Assembly (NCBI GenBank): GCA_040882865.1
Contig: JBBEAN010000008.1
Location: forward strand, 556,437 to 620,436
Reading direction: 5' to 3'
From: Gammaproteobacteria bacterium
GTDB lineage: Bacteria; Pseudomonadota; Gammaproteobacteria; Natronospirales; JAIVGZ01
Length of the DNA: 64,000 nucleotides
Each line of letters begins with the position of its first letter. Positions within the stretch are counted from its first letter, which is position 1. Shown one piece after another: positions 18,297-31,178 of this stretch. The position numbers and the translations under genes are program-made. The notes beneath the pieces were generated by a model, which was given only the letters and a program-made list of their open reading frames with translations, was not told the origin of the DNA and searched no databases.

Positions 18297-20256
18297 GCTT
18301 CGCCCGGCTCGCCGACCCCAACCTGACGTCGGATCGACTGTCATGGTTGCTCGTGAGCTTGGTCCTGGTACTCGCCCCGCACGTCGTGCGGCTGCCGCTT
18401 TGGGTGACGGCGTTGTTCGTCGCGCTCGCGATTTGGCGACTCGGTGCCGCGCGCGTGGGTTGGAAGATGCCGCCCGCGTGGCTGCGCGCCGCGCTTGCGC
18501 TCGGTGGCTTCGCAGCAATCGGCCTTCAATTCCGAGAATGGGGTGGGCAGGAAGCCGGCATCGCAATGCTCGTCGTGATGGTTTCGTTGAAGCTCACGGA
18601 GACCACTCGAAAGCGCGACGGCGTCGTTCTGGTCCTGATCGGCTACATCCTTGTCATCGGCAACTTCCTGTATTCGCAAACGCTGCCGACCGGCGCGTAC
18701 ATGCTGTTCGCCGTCTGGGTGATCACCGCGACGCTGCTGCACCTGAACCATCCGACGGGCGGTGTGCCGCTCGCACCGCGTCTGCGTCAGTCGGGCGTGT
18801 TGCTCGCGCAGGCGCTGCCCGTCGCGCTTGTGCTGTTCCTGTTGTTCCCGCGTGTGCCCGGCCCGCTGTGGGGCGTGCCGACCGGCCAGGACGCGACGGG
18901 CGGCCTCACTGACCGGATGGAGCCCGGGAGCATCGCCGAGCTTTCGCAATCCGATGTGGTGGCGTTCCGCGTCGAATTCGACGGCGCTATCCCGCCGCGT
19001 GGGCAGCTTTACTGGCGCGGGCCGGTGTTGCGCCAATTCGACGGTCGTGCGTGGACGCAGGGACTCGACCTGCTCGCCGAAGGCTTCACCTACGAATCGC
19101 GCGGCGCGCCTGTCGCGTACGAAGTGTCGCTCGAACCGCACCGCTATCGCTGGCTGTTCGCGCTCGACCTGCCCGCGATGGTGCCTGACGAAGCACGACT
19201 CACGCGCGCATTCCAGCTCTATGACGCCGAGCCCGTGCGCGAGCGGAAGCGCTACGCGATGGAGTCGCACCTCGATTACACGACAGGCGCCGAGACTTCG
19301 CCGTATGAGATGCGCTACGCGCTGCAGTTGCCGCGTGGCGGCAATCCGCAGGCGCGCGCGCTCGCCGCACGCCTGCGCGATGAGTACGCCGATCCACGCG
19401 ACCGGGTCAACGCGATACTGCTGTATTTCCGCACCGAACCATTTTTCTATACGCTGTCGCCTCCGCTACTCGGCCAGCACTCGGTCGACGAATTTCTGTT
19501 CGGCACCCGGCGCGGCTTCTGCGAGCACTATGCGGGCGCCTTCGCGTTCGTGATGCGCGCGGCCGGTGTCCCGACGCGCGTCGTGCTCGGATACCAAGGC
19601 GGCGAGCTGAACCCCGTCGGCGATTATTTGATTGTGCGCCAGTCCGACGCGCACGCATGGACCGAAGTACATTTCGACGACGTCGGCTGGGTACGGGTGG
19701 ACCCGACCGCGGCGGTGTCGCCCGACCGCATCGAGTTCGGCGCGAGCGGGATGGCCGAACTCGAGGGCCGGGCACGCGGCGCGCTCGGCGAACTCGCGTG
19801 GGTCAACCGCCTGCGGTTGCAGTGGGACGACCTGAATAACCGTTGGAATCAGTTCGTGCTTGGTTACAACCGCGACCGGCAGCGCGAGCTGCTCGAGGAG
19901 TTCGGCTTCCGCGACGTCGGCTATCGCACGCTCGTGGTGCTGCTCGTCGTGTCACTCGCACTCGTGATGGGCGCGTTGGGGCTCTGGTTGTTCTGGCAAG
20001 CGCGTCCAGCGCGCGTGCGCGACCCCGCGGTTCGGCTGTACCTGAAGCTGCAGCGCCTGCTCGAGCGGCGCGGCGTTCTGCCGCGCCGGCCCGACGAAGG
20101 GCCGCGTGATTACGCGGCGCGCGCGTCCGCCGCAAACCCGGCGCTCGCAACCGCGGTCGGCGCGTTCATCGATGCATTCGTACAGTACCGATACCACCCA
20201 GCGCCGTCGGCAGCAGAACTCGCGGCGATGAAGCAGGCGCTCGCGTCGCTGAAAAA

Positions 20257-20260
<4 letters not shown>
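18293..20260 (+). CDS. transglutaminase TgpA-like membrane protein (DUF3488 + transglutaminase core)
   Basis: N-terminal polytopic region. Catalytic Cys context [12 protein letters not shown], then SDAHAWTEV...VRVDP. ATGA overlap with the DUF58 stop at 18293-18296. Confidence 0.85.
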
Positions 20261-21843
<1,583 letters not shown>

Positions 21844-21881
21844 CAGAACCGCGCATTTTAACAGAAGGGTTCAGAACAAAG

Positions 21882-22349
21882 TTAGAGTGGAAGCGCCAGC
21901 ACGATGGCGTCTTCGCGCTGGCCGCGAGCCGCCGGGTAATAGTTGTTCCGCAAACCGACCTCGACGAACCCGGCGACGCGATACAGATGCAGTGCCGCGT
22001 CGTTCGATGGGCGTACCTCGAGGAACAGGGCCTTGGCGCGGTGGCTCCGCGCCAGCTCAAACACGTGGTCGAGCATCATCCGGCCCAGGCCCGTGCGCTG
22101 CCGCGCCGGTGCCACGCACAGGTTGAGCAGATGTGCCTCACCTGCGCCGACTGACATCACCACATAGCCGGCGACACCGTCGTCGGCCTCGGCGATCCAG
22201 CAGCAGTATCCGATGCGTAGGCAGTCGCGGAAGATTCCCGCGGTCCACGGGTAGGGATAAGCCGCGCGCTCGACTTCCATGACCGCGTCGATGTCGCTGG
22301 TGCGCATCGGCCGCAGTTGCACGGGTGCCGGCTCGCGTTGCGCACTCAT
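21882..22349 (-). CDS. rimI: ribosomal-protein-alanine N-acetyltransferase
   Basis: GNAT core (RQRTGLGRMML) and RimI-like N-terminus (MRTSDIDAVMEVERAAYPYPW). Start ATG 22349 forms an ATGA overlap with the upstream stop. The longer track ORF is an over-extension. Confidence 0.8.
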   Translation of the reverse strand: MSAQREPAPVQLRPMRTSDIDAVMEVERAAYPYPWTAGIFRDCLRIGYCCWIAEADDGVAGYVVMSVGAGEAHLLNLCVAPARQRTGLGRMMLDHVFELARSHRAKALFLEVRPSNDAALHLYRVAGFVEVGLRNNYYPAARGQREDAIVLALPL

Positions 22350-23098
22350 GCGACGGGCTCCGCGACGCTCAGCGCGAGCTTGAGGTCGTCCCACGCGCGG
22401 CGCTTCTGTCCCGGTGATCGCAGCAGGTACGCCGGGTGATACGTTGCGACAAGCGGTGTTTCTCGCGTGCCATACCGATGCACGGTGCCGCGCAGTTTGC
22501 CGATTGGCTGGTCGCTTGCGAGCAGCGTCTGCGCGGCGATGCGGCCCACGACGAGAATGAGTTCGGGTTCCACGAGCGCGATTTGGCGATCCAGGAATGC
22601 ACGGCACGCCGTGAGCTCATCAGACTTCGGGTCGCGGTTGTCGGGCGGCCGGCACTTGAGCGTGTTCGCGATGTACACGCGCTCACGCGGCGCGCCCGCG
22701 GCCGCGAGCATCGCATTGAGGAGTTGCCCGGCGCGACCGACGAACGGCTCGCCTTGGCGATCCTCCTCCGCGCCCGGCGCCTCACCCACAAGCATCCAAC
22801 GCGCGTTGCGATCGCCCGTGCCGAATACGGTTTGCGTGCGGCTTCGGTGGAGGTCGCAGGCGGTGCAGGTGGAGACGGTTTGCTGGAGGGTGTCCCAATC
22901 GAGGGTCGAGGCATCGGCGAGTTCGCGGCGCGAAGGCGCCGCTCCAACAGGGGCTGGTGGTGACTCGGGCACATCGCGGCGCAAAGGCGCCGCTCCTACA
23001 GGTGTCGACTCCGGTAATGGCGCCGCTCCTACAATCGGTGGCCTGACATAGAGCTGAACACCGAGGGCGTCGAGGTAGTGGCGGCGCCGCGCGTCCAC
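22346..23098 (-). CDS. uracil-DNA glycosylase, family 4, with REP-derived N-terminal linker
   Basis: Motif A GEAPGAEED, motif B HPAYLLR, Cys cluster (CTACDL...), N-terminal YLDALGVQLY motif. GTG start. Confidence 0.85.
   Translation of the reverse strand: MDARRRHYLDALGVQLYVRPPIVGAAPLPESTPVGAAPLRRDVPESPPAPVGAAPSRRELADASTLDWDTLQQTVSTCTACDLHRSRTQTVFGTGDRNARWMLVGEAPGAEEDRQGEPFVGRAGQLLNAMLAAAGAPRERVYIANTLKCRPPDNRDPKSDELTACRAFLDRQIALVEPELILVVGRIAAQTLLASDQPIGKLRGTVHRYGTRETPLVATYHPAYLLRSPGQKRRAWDDLKLALSVAEPVA
22922..23036 (+). repeat. REP elements x2.5 (orientation A), in frame inside the UDG gene
   Basis: 22922-22953 TTCGCGGCGCGAAGGCGCCGCTCCAACAGGGG. 22973-23004 ATCGCGGCGCAAAGGCGCCGCTCCTACAGGTG. 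Half copy at 23019-23036 GGCGCCGCTCCTACAATC. The 51-nt period equals 17 codons. Confidence 0.9.
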
Positions 23099-23893
23099 TC
23101 AATCAATCTCGGGCTTCGCGGTCCGCCGACGCTGCCAGAGGCGCCACAGCATGACGGCCGGGCCGGACAATGCGTAAAAGAAGGCCATCAGGAACAAGAC
23201 GCGTGGCGGGTTCAGCGCAATCAGGATGAACACGAGCGGGACCATCACAAGCACCGGGAACGACACACGCTGGCTGAGGTTCAAGTCCTTGAAGCTGTAA
23301 TAGCGCACGCGCGAGACCATCAGCGCGCCCGCAGCAATCGTGAAGAAAATCGCGAGGGCGACGAGGTCGCCGCCCGCGTAGCCCATCGTGTTGCCGACCC
23401 ACACGAAGGTTGCGAGCAGCCCTGCGGCGGCCGGGCTCGAGATGCCCACAAAGTAACGTCTGTCGGCGGTGCCGGCCTGGGTGTTGAAGCGCGCGAGGCG
23501 CATCGCGGCCGCGACTGCGTAAAAGAAGGCGGCGAGCCAGCCGATCTTCGACCAGAACCAGCCACCCAGACCCTCGAGCGCCCACTGATACATCACGAGC
23601 GACGGCGCGATGCCGAACGACACGAGGTCCGACATTGAGTCGTACTCCTTGCCGAAGTCGCTCTGGGTGTTGGTCATGCGGGCGATGCGCCCATCGAGCC
23701 CATCGAGGATGCCAGCGATGATGATGGCAATGGCCGCTGTCTGGAATCGTCCGCCCATTGCCGCGATGATTGCGTAAAAGCCTGCGAACATCGCCGCCGT
23801 CGTGAACAGGTTCGGCAACAGATAAATCGCGCGCCGGCGCTCGGCGGGATGGTCGGTGGTCGTGCCTGGCTCTTCGGGGGTCTGCATGGCCAA
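23099..23893 (-). CDS. pssA: CDP-diacylglycerol--serine O-phosphatidyltransferase
   Basis: CDP-alcohol phosphatidyltransferase motif GILDGLDGRIARMTNTQSDFGKEYDSMSDLVSFG. Start is TTG 23893 or ATG 23887. Confidence 0.85.
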   Translation of the reverse strand: MAMQTPEEPGTTTDHPAERRRAIYLLPNLFTTAAMFAGFYAIIAAMGGRFQTAAIAIIIAGILDGLDGRIARMTNTQSDFGKEYDSMSDLVSFGIAPSLVMYQWALEGLGGWFWSKIGWLAAFFYAVAAAMRLARFNTQAGTADRRYFVGISSPAAAGLLATFVWVGNTMGYAGGDLVALAIFFTIAAGALMVSRVRYYSFKDLNLSQRVSFPVLVMVPLVFILIALNPPRVLFLMAFFYALSGPAVMLWRLWQRRRTAKPEID

Positions 23894-23902
23894 GCCAGTC
23901 TA

Positions 23903-24502
23903 TCAGGCGCTCGGGTGGGTGAGCACCCCGAGCAAGTCGGCACCGGCGAGTACGCGGCGGCCGGGTGCAACCGAAATGTGAGCGTCGGCGGGCAGATACA
24001 CCTCCGCAACGCGCGCGAGGCGCAGCCAGCCACAGCGCTGGCCTTGTCCGACGCGCGAACCGTAACCGACGATGGACTTCGGACACGCAAATCCCGGTGC
24101 CGTATTGATGTACAGAATCACATCGTCGCCCTCGTCCGTCTGCAAGCGCATCCCGCGCGGACCGGCGAGGTCGAGCACTTTGCCCTCGACGGGCGCGCGG
24201 CCGCTGTACGCGCCGAAGAAGCTCACCCGGATGCGGATGCGCACCGCGGTGCGGTTCAACGCCGGATCGGGTACCGTTTCGACGAGCTCGACGATGCCGT
24301 CGACGGGGCTCACCACGCCGAGCGGCTCGGATGGAATGATTCGCTCCGGATCGCGGAACTTGAAGACCAGCGCAAATGCCAGCGCACCGGCGAGCAAGGT
24401 CAACTGAGATTCGAAGAACCAGGCCGCGGCAGTGGCGATGACCGCAAGGGTAATGAGGGGCCAACCCTCTCGGGCGACGGCTGGATGACGTTGTCGTGCC
24501 AT
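23903..24502 (-). CDS. phosphatidylserine decarboxylase-related protein (short type)
   Basis: 199 aa with two N-terminal TM helices, located directly upstream of pssA. Sequence resembles short archaetidylserine/phosphatidylserine decarboxylase proenzymes. Confidence 0.7.
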   Translation of the reverse strand: MARQRHPAVAREGWPLITLAVIATAAAWFFESQLTLLAGALAFALVFKFRDPERIIPSEPLGVVSPVDGIVELVETVPDPALNRTAVRIRIRVSFFGAYSGRAPVEGKVLDLAGPRGMRLQTDEGDDVILYINTAPGFACPKSIVGYGSRVGQGQRCGWLRLARVAEVYLPADAHISVAPGRRVLAGADLLGVLTHPSA

Positions 24503-24522
24503 GAAGGGCGCGTATTCTACGC

Positions 24523-25533
24523 TTATCCCTTGCGGTGGGAAGCCCCCAAAAAAGCCATTCTCGCGCGGAGCGCCGCACCCACCGCCTCAATCGCGTCGGC
24601 GCGGGCGGTGGCCTGCGCTTTCCCGAGGGCCGGGTAGCCCGCGTCGACCTCGGCGGCGAGCTCGCGCGCGAACGCGCCTGAGCGGATTTCCTCAAGAATC
24701 AATCGCATGGACGCCCGAACGGATGCGTCGATCAGGCGCGGGCCCCGAGTGCAGTCGCCGAAGGCAGCGGTGCTCGAAATGGATTCGCGCATGCCGGCGA
24801 TGCCGCGCGCATACATCAAGTCGGCGATGAGCTTGATTTCATGCAGGCACTCGAAATACGCGAGCTCCGCGGGATAGCCCGCATCAACGAGCGTGTCGAA
24901 GCCGGCATTCGCGAGTGCGGTAATGCCGCCGCAGAGCACCGCCTGCTCCCCAAACAGGTCAGTCTCGGTCTCGTCGGCGAACGTGGTCTCGAGCACCACG
25001 GCCCGTCCATGGCCGACCGCGCGCGCGTAGCCGAGCGCACGTTCGAGCGCCACGCCGCTCGCGTCCTGTTGCACCGCGACCAGGCCCGGCACGCCGTGGC
25101 CCGCCGCGTACGTCGCGCGTACCTGGTCGCCGATGCCCTTCGGCGCCACCAGCAGGACGTCGAGGTCGGCCCGCGGCATGATCCGCGCGTAGTGGATGTT
25201 GTAACCGTGGGCGAACAAAAGCGCCGCGCCTTTTTTCAACTTGGGCGCGAGCGACACGTCGTACAGCTCGGGTTGCACCTCATCGGGTACGAGCAATACC
25301 GCAAGGTCCGCCTGCGCGGCGCCGTCGGCGATTCCGACGACGGCGATGTCGTCGTCGGCTGCGCGCGCCCGACGCTGCGAGCTTTCACGCAACCCAACCG
25401 CGACATCCACGCCCGAATCACGCAGGTTCTGCGCGTGGGCGCGGCCCTGCGCGCCGTAGCCGAAAACGATGACGCGCTGCCCGTCGAGGGCATGCGCGTC
25501 GATTTCCCGGTCGGTCCAGCTTTTGAGTGCCAT
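24523..25533 (-). CDS. ilvC: ketol-acid reductoisomerase (class I)
   Basis: [25 protein letters not shown] fold and a full-length IlvC-like sequence. ATG 25533 (MALKSW...) preferred. Confidence 0.95.
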   Translation of the reverse strand: MALKSWTDREIDAHALDGQRVIVFGYGAQGRAHAQNLRDSGVDVAVGLRESSQRRARAADDDIAVVGIADGAAQADLAVLLVPDEVQPELYDVSLAPKLKKGAALLFAHGYNIHYARIMPRADLDVLLVAPKGIGDQVRATYAAGHGVPGLVAVQQDASGVALERALGYARAVGHGRAVVLETTFADETETDLFGEQAVLCGGITALANAGFDTLVDAGYPAELAYFECLHEIKLIADLMYARGIAGMRESISSTAAFGDCTRGPRLIDASVRASMRLILEEIRSGAFARELAAEVDAGYPALGKAQATARADAIEAVGAALRARMAFLGASHRKG

Positions 25534-25561
25534 GGCTGATAGTAGGCTATCATCTCCGCCC

Positions 25562-27262
25562 ATGAAAACGAGCCAGTTCCCGCTTTATACCGAGAAGGAA
25601 ACGCCGGCCGACGCCGAGATTGTCAGCCACCGCTTGATGCTCCGCGCCGGCCTGATCCGCAAGCTCGCAGCGGGGCTTTATACGTGGATGCCTCTCGGGT
25701 TGCGCGTGATGCGGAAGGTCGAGCGCATCGTGCGCGAAGAAATGGATGCGGCGGGCGCGCTCGAACTCTTGATGCCGGCCGTCCAACCTGCCGAGCTGTG
25801 GCAGGAATCCGGCCGCTGGCAGAAGTACGGGCCCGAACTGTTGCGCATGACCGACCGGCACGACCGTGAATTCTGCTTCGGCCCGACGCACGAGGAAGTC
25901 ATCACCGACATCGCTCGCCGCGAGCTCAAGAGCTACAAGCAACTGCCCATCACGTTCTATCAGGTGCAGACCAAGTTCCGCGATGAGATTCGACCGCGCT
26001 TCGGCGTCATGCGCGCGCGCGAGTTCGTGATGAAGGACGCATACTCGTTCCACGCAACGCAGGCGTCTCTGCAAGAAACCTACGACCGAATGTTCGTCGC
26101 GTACTCGAACGTCTTCTCGCGTTCCGGCCTCGAATTCCGCCCGGTGCGCGCGGCTACCGGGGCGATCGGCGGCAACTACTCGCACGAGTTCCACGTGCTC
26201 GCAGATTCCGGCGAGGATGCGATTGCGTTCTCGGACGCGAGCGACTACGCCGCGAACGTGGAACTGTGCGAGGCACCGTTACCGGCCGCACCCCGCCCCG
26301 CCCCATCGACCGCGATGACGAAAGTCGCGACGCCGGGCGTGCGCACGATGGACGATCTGTGCCGGCACCTTAATATCGACGCATCGCACGGCGTCAAGAC
26401 GCTCGTCGTCGAGGGCACGGATGGCCGCCTTGTCGCGTTCGTGCTTCGCGGCGACCATGAGCTGAATCCCCTGAAGGCAGAGCGCGTCGAGGGCGTCGCG
26501 TCCCCGCTCGCGTTCGCGAGCGAAGAGCGCATCCGCGCCGCCTTCGGGGCGGGTCCGGGTTCGCTCGGGCCGGTCGGTCTCGATGTCCCGGTGTTCATCG
26601 ATCGCGCGGCGTCCGTGCTCGCCGATTTCACCTGTGGCGCGAACGAGGACGGCTTCCATTACACCGGCGTGAATTTCGACCGCGACCTGCCGTTGCCGGC
26701 CATCGCCGACCTGCGCCAGGTCGTCGCAGGCGACCCGAGCCCCGATGGCAAGGGCACGCTGTCCATCGCACGCGGCATCGAGGTCGGACACATCTTCCAG
26801 CTCGGCACGAACTACAGCGAGAAGCTCGGCGCGGCCGTCGTCGCCGAGGACGGTAACGAGACGCCCTTGATTATGGGTTGTTACGGCATCGGCGTGTCGC
26901 GCATCGTCGCAGCGGCGATCGAGCAGAACCACGACGACAAGGGCATCGTCTGGCCGATGCCGATCGCGCCGTTCCAGGTCGCGATCCTGCCGATGAATGC
27001 GCACAAGTCCGACCACGTGCGCGAAGCCGCCGAGGTGCTGTACCGCGATCTTACAGTCGCGGGCTTCGAGGTCCTGCTCGACGACCGCGGCGTGCGGCCC
27101 GGCGTGATGTTCGCGGAGATGGAACTAATCGGCATCCCGCATCGCATCGTGGTCGGGGAGAAAGGACTCGACGCCGGCACATTCGAGTACAAGGGCCGGC
27201 GCGACGCCGAGCCAACGCAGGTCTCGTGCAATGAGATTCTCGCTCATCTTCGCAGTCGTTAG
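25562..27262 (+). CDS. proS: proline--tRNA ligase
   Basis: [34 protein letters not shown] is a classic bacterial ProRS N-terminus. Class II motifs and an INS editing domain are present. ATG 25562. Confidence 0.95.
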   Translation: MKTSQFPLYTEKETPADAEIVSHRLMLRAGLIRKLAAGLYTWMPLGLRVMRKVERIVREEMDAAGALELLMPAVQPAELWQESGRWQKYGPELLRMTDRHDREFCFGPTHEEVITDIARRELKSYKQLPITFYQVQTKFRDEIRPRFGVMRAREFVMKDAYSFHATQASLQETYDRMFVAYSNVFSRSGLEFRPVRAATGAIGGNYSHEFHVLADSGEDAIAFSDASDYAANVELCEAPLPAAPRPAPSTAMTKVATPGVRTMDDLCRHLNIDASHGVKTLVVEGTDGRLVAFVLRGDHELNPLKAERVEGVASPLAFASEERIRAAFGAGPGSLGPVGLDVPVFIDRAASVLADFTCGANEDGFHYTGVNFDRDLPLPAIADLRQVVAGDPSPDGKGTLSIARGIEVGHIFQLGTNYSEKLGAAVVAEDGNETPLIMGCYGIGVSRIVAAAIEQNHDDKGIVWPMPIAPFQVAILPMNAHKSDHVREAAEVLYRDLTVAGFEVLLDDRGVRPGVMFAEMELIGIPHRIVVGEKGLDAGTFEYKGRRDAEPTQVSCNEILAHLRSR

Positions 27263-27797
27263 CGCGCTCGCGCTCGTGGGTCCCGTCGGCGCGCAACCCG
27301 CGCCCGACCCGGAACTGCGCGCGATCCTCGCGCAGGCGGTCACCACCGCCGACAGCTTCGAGGACCGGTTCGACGCCGAGGTCTGGCTGCTCGATATGTC
27401 GCAGCGGCTCGCGCAGCGTGTCCCCGACCCGGTCGAGCGCATTGAGCTGTTGAAACTCATCCACCGCGAGGCGACGCGCGTCGACCTGCCACCCGAACTC
27501 GTGCTTGCGGTGATCGACATCGAGAGCGGCTTCGACCGCTACGCCGTGTCGCGTGCGGGTGCACAGGGCCTCATGCAAATCATGTCGTTCTGGCTCGACG
27601 AACTGGACACCGAGCACGCGAACCTGTTCGATCCGGCGCTGAACCTGCGCATGGGTTGCACCATCCTGCGTGTGTATCTCGACCGCGAGCGCGGCAACCT
27701 CCCCGGCGCACTCGCCCGCTACAACGGCAGCCACGGTCGCCGCGCGTACCCCGACAAGGTGCTCAGTGCGCTGTCGGCCAAGTGGTACCGCGAATGA
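27231..27797 (+). CDS. lytic transglycosylase (SLT domain), secreted
   Basis: Signal peptide [21 protein letters not shown]. Catalytic context [25 protein letters not shown]. Confidence 0.8.
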   Translation: MRFSLIFAVVSALALVGPVGAQPAPDPELRAILAQAVTTADSFEDRFDAEVWLLDMSQRLAQRVPDPVERIELLKLIHREATRVDLPPELVLAVIDIESGFDRYAVSRAGAQGLMQIMSFWLDELDTEHANLFDPALNLRMGCTILRVYLDRERGNLPGALARYNGSHGRRAYPDKVLSALSAKWYRE

Positions 27798-28717
27798 GCA
27801 TCATCTCCGTGAAGGGCCTCACGAAGCGATATGCATCCGGCCTGACCGCGCTGCATGGTATCGACCTCGACATCCGAAAGGGCGAGATATTTGCGTTGCT
27901 CGGGCCGAACGGCGCGGGCAAGACCACGCTCATCAGCATCATCTGCGGCATCGTTAAGCCGACCACCGGCACGATCACCGCCGACGGCCACGACGTCATC
28001 ACCGACTATCGCGCCGCGCGCGCGAAGATCGGGCTCGTCCCGCAAGAACTCACCACGAACGCCTTCGAGACCGTGTGGGCGACCGTGAACTTCAGCCGCG
28101 GCCTGTTCGGCCTGCCGAAGAACCACGCCTACCTCGAGAAGTTGCTGCGCCAGCTGTCGCTGTGGGACAAGCGCAGCGCGCGCATCATGGAGCTGTCGGG
28201 CGGCATGAAGCGGCGCGTGATGATCGCAAAAGCGCTGTCGCACGAGCCGACGATTCTCTTCCTCGACGAACCGACCGCGGGCGTCGACGTCGAACTCCGG
28301 CGCGACATGTGGGACATGGTCCGGTCGATGCGCTCGACCGGCGTCACGATCATCCTGACGACCCACTACATCGCGGAGGCCGAGGAAATGGCCGACCGCA
28401 TCGGCGTCATCAACAAGGGCCGCCTCATTCTCGTCGACGACAAGGCCGTTCTGATGCACAAACTCGGCCGCAAGCAATTGCGCATCGCGTTGCAACAACC
28501 CCTCGCGCGCGTGCCCGATGCAATCGCGGCGTTCGAACTCGAACTCGCCGACGACGGCCGCGAACTCGTGTTCACGTTCGACGCGCAGCGCGAGGACACC
28601 GGCATCGCCGAGTTGTTACGCGAGCTCGGCGGTGCGGGCATTGAGTTCAAGGACCTCAAATCGCGGCAAAGCTCGCTCGAGGAGATATTCGTGGACCTGG
28701 TGACGGAGCGCCGATGA
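27794..28717 (+). CDS. ABC transporter ATP-binding protein (YadG-like)
   Basis: Walker [10 protein letters not shown], signature LSGGMKRR, Walker [12 protein letters not shown] 27794 overlaps the upstream stop. Confidence 0.9.
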   Translation: MSIISVKGLTKRYASGLTALHGIDLDIRKGEIFALLGPNGAGKTTLISIICGIVKPTTGTITADGHDVITDYRAARAKIGLVPQELTTNAFETVWATVNFSRGLFGLPKNHAYLEKLLRQLSLWDKRSARIMELSGGMKRRVMIAKALSHEPTILFLDEPTAGVDVELRRDMWDMVRSMRSTGVTIILTTHYIAEAEEMADRIGVINKGRLILVDDKAVLMHKLGRKQLRIALQQPLARVPDAIAAFELELADDGRELVFTFDAQREDTGIAELLRELGGAGIEFKDLKSRQSSLEEIFVDLVTERR

Positions 28718-29475
28718 ACGTCTACGCGATTCGCGCGATTTACCACTTCGAGATGGCACGCGCCGGCCGCACGCTGATGCAGAGCATCCTGTCGCCGGTG
28801 CTCTCCACGTCGCTGTATTTCGTCGTGTTCGGCGCGGCCATCGGCGCGCGCATGGGGCCCATCGAGGGCGTGAGCTACGGCGCCTACATCATCCCGGGCC
28901 TCGTGATGCTGTCGCTGCTGAACGAGAGCATCTCGAACGCCTCGTTCGGGATTTACTTTCCGAAGTTCACCGGCACCATTTACGAGATCCTGTCCGCGCC
29001 CATCTCGACACTTGAGATTGTGATCGGATTTGTCGGCGCCGCGGCCTCGAAATCCATCATCCTCGGGGTGTTGATCCTCATTGTCGCGCGCCTGTTCGTG
29101 GACTACGACATCGCGCACCCGCTCTGGACCCTCGCGTTCCTGACGCTGACTGCATTCGCGTTCAGCCTGTTCGGCTTCCTGATCGGCGTGTGGGCCGACG
29201 GCTTCGAAAAGCTACAGGTCATCCCGATGATGATCGTGACGCCACTGACGTTCCTGGGCGGCGCGTTCTACTCGATCGACATGCTGCCCGAGCCGTGGCA
29301 CACCCTGACCCTCTTCAACCCGGTCGTGTATTTGATCAACGGCTTCCGCTGGAGCCTGTATGGCATCTCCGACGTGAGCGTCGTGTTCAGTATCTCCATG
29401 GTCGCTCTGTTCTTGCTCGTTTGCCTCACCGCCGTCTGGTGGATCTTCAAGACCGGCTATCGGCTGCGTACGTGA
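28714..29475 (+). CDS. ABC-2 type transporter permease (YadH-like)
   Basis: 253 aa, 6 TM helices. ATGA overlap with the ATPase gene. Confidence 0.85.
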   Translation: MNVYAIRAIYHFEMARAGRTLMQSILSPVLSTSLYFVVFGAAIGARMGPIEGVSYGAYIIPGLVMLSLLNESISNASFGIYFPKFTGTIYEILSAPISTLEIVIGFVGAAASKSIILGVLILIVARLFVDYDIAHPLWTLAFLTLTAFAFSLFGFLIGVWADGFEKLQVIPMMIVTPLTFLGGAFYSIDMLPEPWHTLTLFNPVVYLINGFRWSLYGISDVSVVFSISMVALFLLVCLTAVWWIFKTGYRLRT

Positions 29476-29741
29476 GGACGGTCCGCTGCATCGTGACCGG
29501 CCGCGTGCAGGGCGTATGGTTCCGCGGCTCGACGCAAAAGGAAGCGCAGCGCTTCGGCGTGACTGGCTGGGCGTTGAACCGAGACGACGGCAGCGTCGAA
29601 GTCGTCGCGCACGGCGACGACGCCGCGGTCAACGCGTTGGTCGCCTGGCTTCATAAGGGCCCCCGCCTCGCACGCGTCGACGCAGTGCAGGTCGAACCCG
29701 CCGAAACCAAATCTCCACTCACCACTTTCGAGGTCCGCTGA
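29472..29741 (+). CDS. acyP: acylphosphatase
   Basis: [16 protein letters not shown] and [13 protein letters not shown] motifs. GTG 29472 overlaps the permease stop. 89 aa. Confidence 0.8.
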   Translation: MRTVRCIVTGRVQGVWFRGSTQKEAQRFGVTGWALNRDDGSVEVVAHGDDAAVNALVAWLHKGPRLARVDAVQVEPAETKSPLTTFEVR

Positions 29742-29744
29742 ACC

Positions 29745-30158
29745 ATGAAATCCGTACTGTTTCTTTGCACCGGCAACGCCTGCCGCAGCCAAATGGCCGA
29801 GGGTTGGGCGAGGCACCTGCGCGCCGACGACTTCACCGCCCACTCGGCCGGTGTCGCACCACATGGCGTTGATCCGCGCGCGGTCCAGGTGATGGCCGAG
29901 GCCGGCGTCGATATCTCCGACCACCGCTCGAAGCACGTGGACGAGCTGCTCGACGCACCGCTCGACCTCGTCGTGACCGTCTGCGACAGCGCGGCCGAGG
30001 CGTGCCCGGTATTCCCGCGCGCGGTGCCGAAGCGACACCACTCGTTCGAAGACCCACCGGCGCTCGCGCGCGACGCGGAGAATGAAGACGAAGCGCTCGC
30101 GCACTATCGGCGCGTGCGCGACGAGATCCGCGCGTTCGTGGAAGCGCTCGAGGTATGA
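29745..30158 (+). CDS. arsC: arsenate reductase (LMW-PTPase type)
   Basis: P-loop [16 protein letters not shown] (CX5R). 137 aa. Directly followed by ACR3. Confidence 0.85.
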   Translation: MKSVLFLCTGNACRSQMAEGWARHLRADDFTAHSAGVAPHGVDPRAVQVMAEAGVDISDHRSKHVDELLDAPLDLVVTVCDSAAEACPVFPRAVPKRHHSFEDPPALARDAENEDEALAHYRRVRDEIRAFVEALEV

Positions 30159-31177
30159 GCTTTCTCGATCGCTGGCTGACAATCTGGATCTTCCTCGCGA
30201 TGGCGGCCGGCATCGCGCTCGGCCACTTCGTGCCGACCCTTCCATCCCACCTCGCGGTGTTCGAGGTCGGCACGACGAACCTGCTGATCGCCGCAGGACT
30301 CATCGTGATGATGTACCCGCCGCTCGCGCGCGTGCGGTACGAGCTGCTGCCCCAGGTATTCGCGGACCGACGCGTGCTTGGGCTGTCGCTGTTCCTGAAT
30401 TGGATTGTCGGTCCGCTGTTGATGTTCGCGGTCGCAATCATCTTTCTGCACGACCACCCGCATTACATGACCGGCCTGATTCTCGTCGGCATCGCCCGCT
30501 GCATCGCGATGGTGCTGGTGTGGAACCACCTCGCGCGCGGCAGCGCTGAATACGGGGCCGGCCTCGTCGCGTTCAATTCGCTGTTCCAGATCGTGACCTA
30601 CGGGGTGTACGCGTGGTTCTTCATCACCGTGCTGCCGCGCTGGTTCGGGCTCGAGGGTCAAGTCATCGACATCGAGACGCTCGCGGTCGTGAAGAGCGTG
30701 TTGATCTATCTCGGCATCCCATTCGCCGCGGGTTACTTCTCGCGCAAGGTACTCATCGCGCACCGCGGCCGTGACTGGTACGAGTCGGTATTCGTGCCGC
30801 GCGTGAGCCCGTTCACGTTATACGCATTGCTGTTCACCATCGTCGTGATGTTCGCGCTGCAGCGCGACCTGCTCGACCGCCTGCCCGACGTGTTCTTGAT
30901 CGCGATGCCGCTCGCGTTGTACTTCGTGCTGATGTTCTTCACGAGTTTCTGGCTCGCGTGGAAGATGGGCGCAGATTACGAGCGCAGCACGAGCCTCGCG
31001 TTCACCGCTTCGGGCAACAATTTCGAGCTCGCGATCGCGGTCGCGATCGCCGTCTTCGGCATCGGCTCGCCGGTCGCGTTCGCGACCGTCGTCGGCCCGC
31101 TTGTCGAAGTGCCGGTGCTGATCGCGCTCGTGAACGCGGCGTTCTGGTTACGCCGCCGGTGGTACGCCGGAACTTGA
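30155..31177 (+). CDS. acr3: ACR3 family arsenite efflux transporter
   Basis: 340 aa, 10 TM helices, ACR3-like sequence ([30 protein letters not shown]). ATGA overlap with arsC. Confidence 0.9.
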   Translation: MSFLDRWLTIWIFLAMAAGIALGHFVPTLPSHLAVFEVGTTNLLIAAGLIVMMYPPLARVRYELLPQVFADRRVLGLSLFLNWIVGPLLMFAVAIIFLHDHPHYMTGLILVGIARCIAMVLVWNHLARGSAEYGAGLVAFNSLFQIVTYGVYAWFFITVLPRWFGLEGQVIDIETLAVVKSVLIYLGIPFAAGYFSRKVLIAHRGRDWYESVFVPRVSPFTLYALLFTIVVMFALQRDLLDRLPDVFLIAMPLALYFVLMFFTSFWLAWKMGADYERSTSLAFTASGNNFELAIAVAIAVFGIGSPVAFATVVGPLVEVPVLIALVNAAFWLRRRWYAGT

Positions 31178-31178
31178 A

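Noticed and set aside
29745-31177. arsC-acr3 as part of a horizontally acquired resistance island
   Set aside because: There are no flanking integrase, transposase, tRNA or direct repeats. The genes are seamlessly packed into a housekeeping gene string and look compositionally similar by eye.
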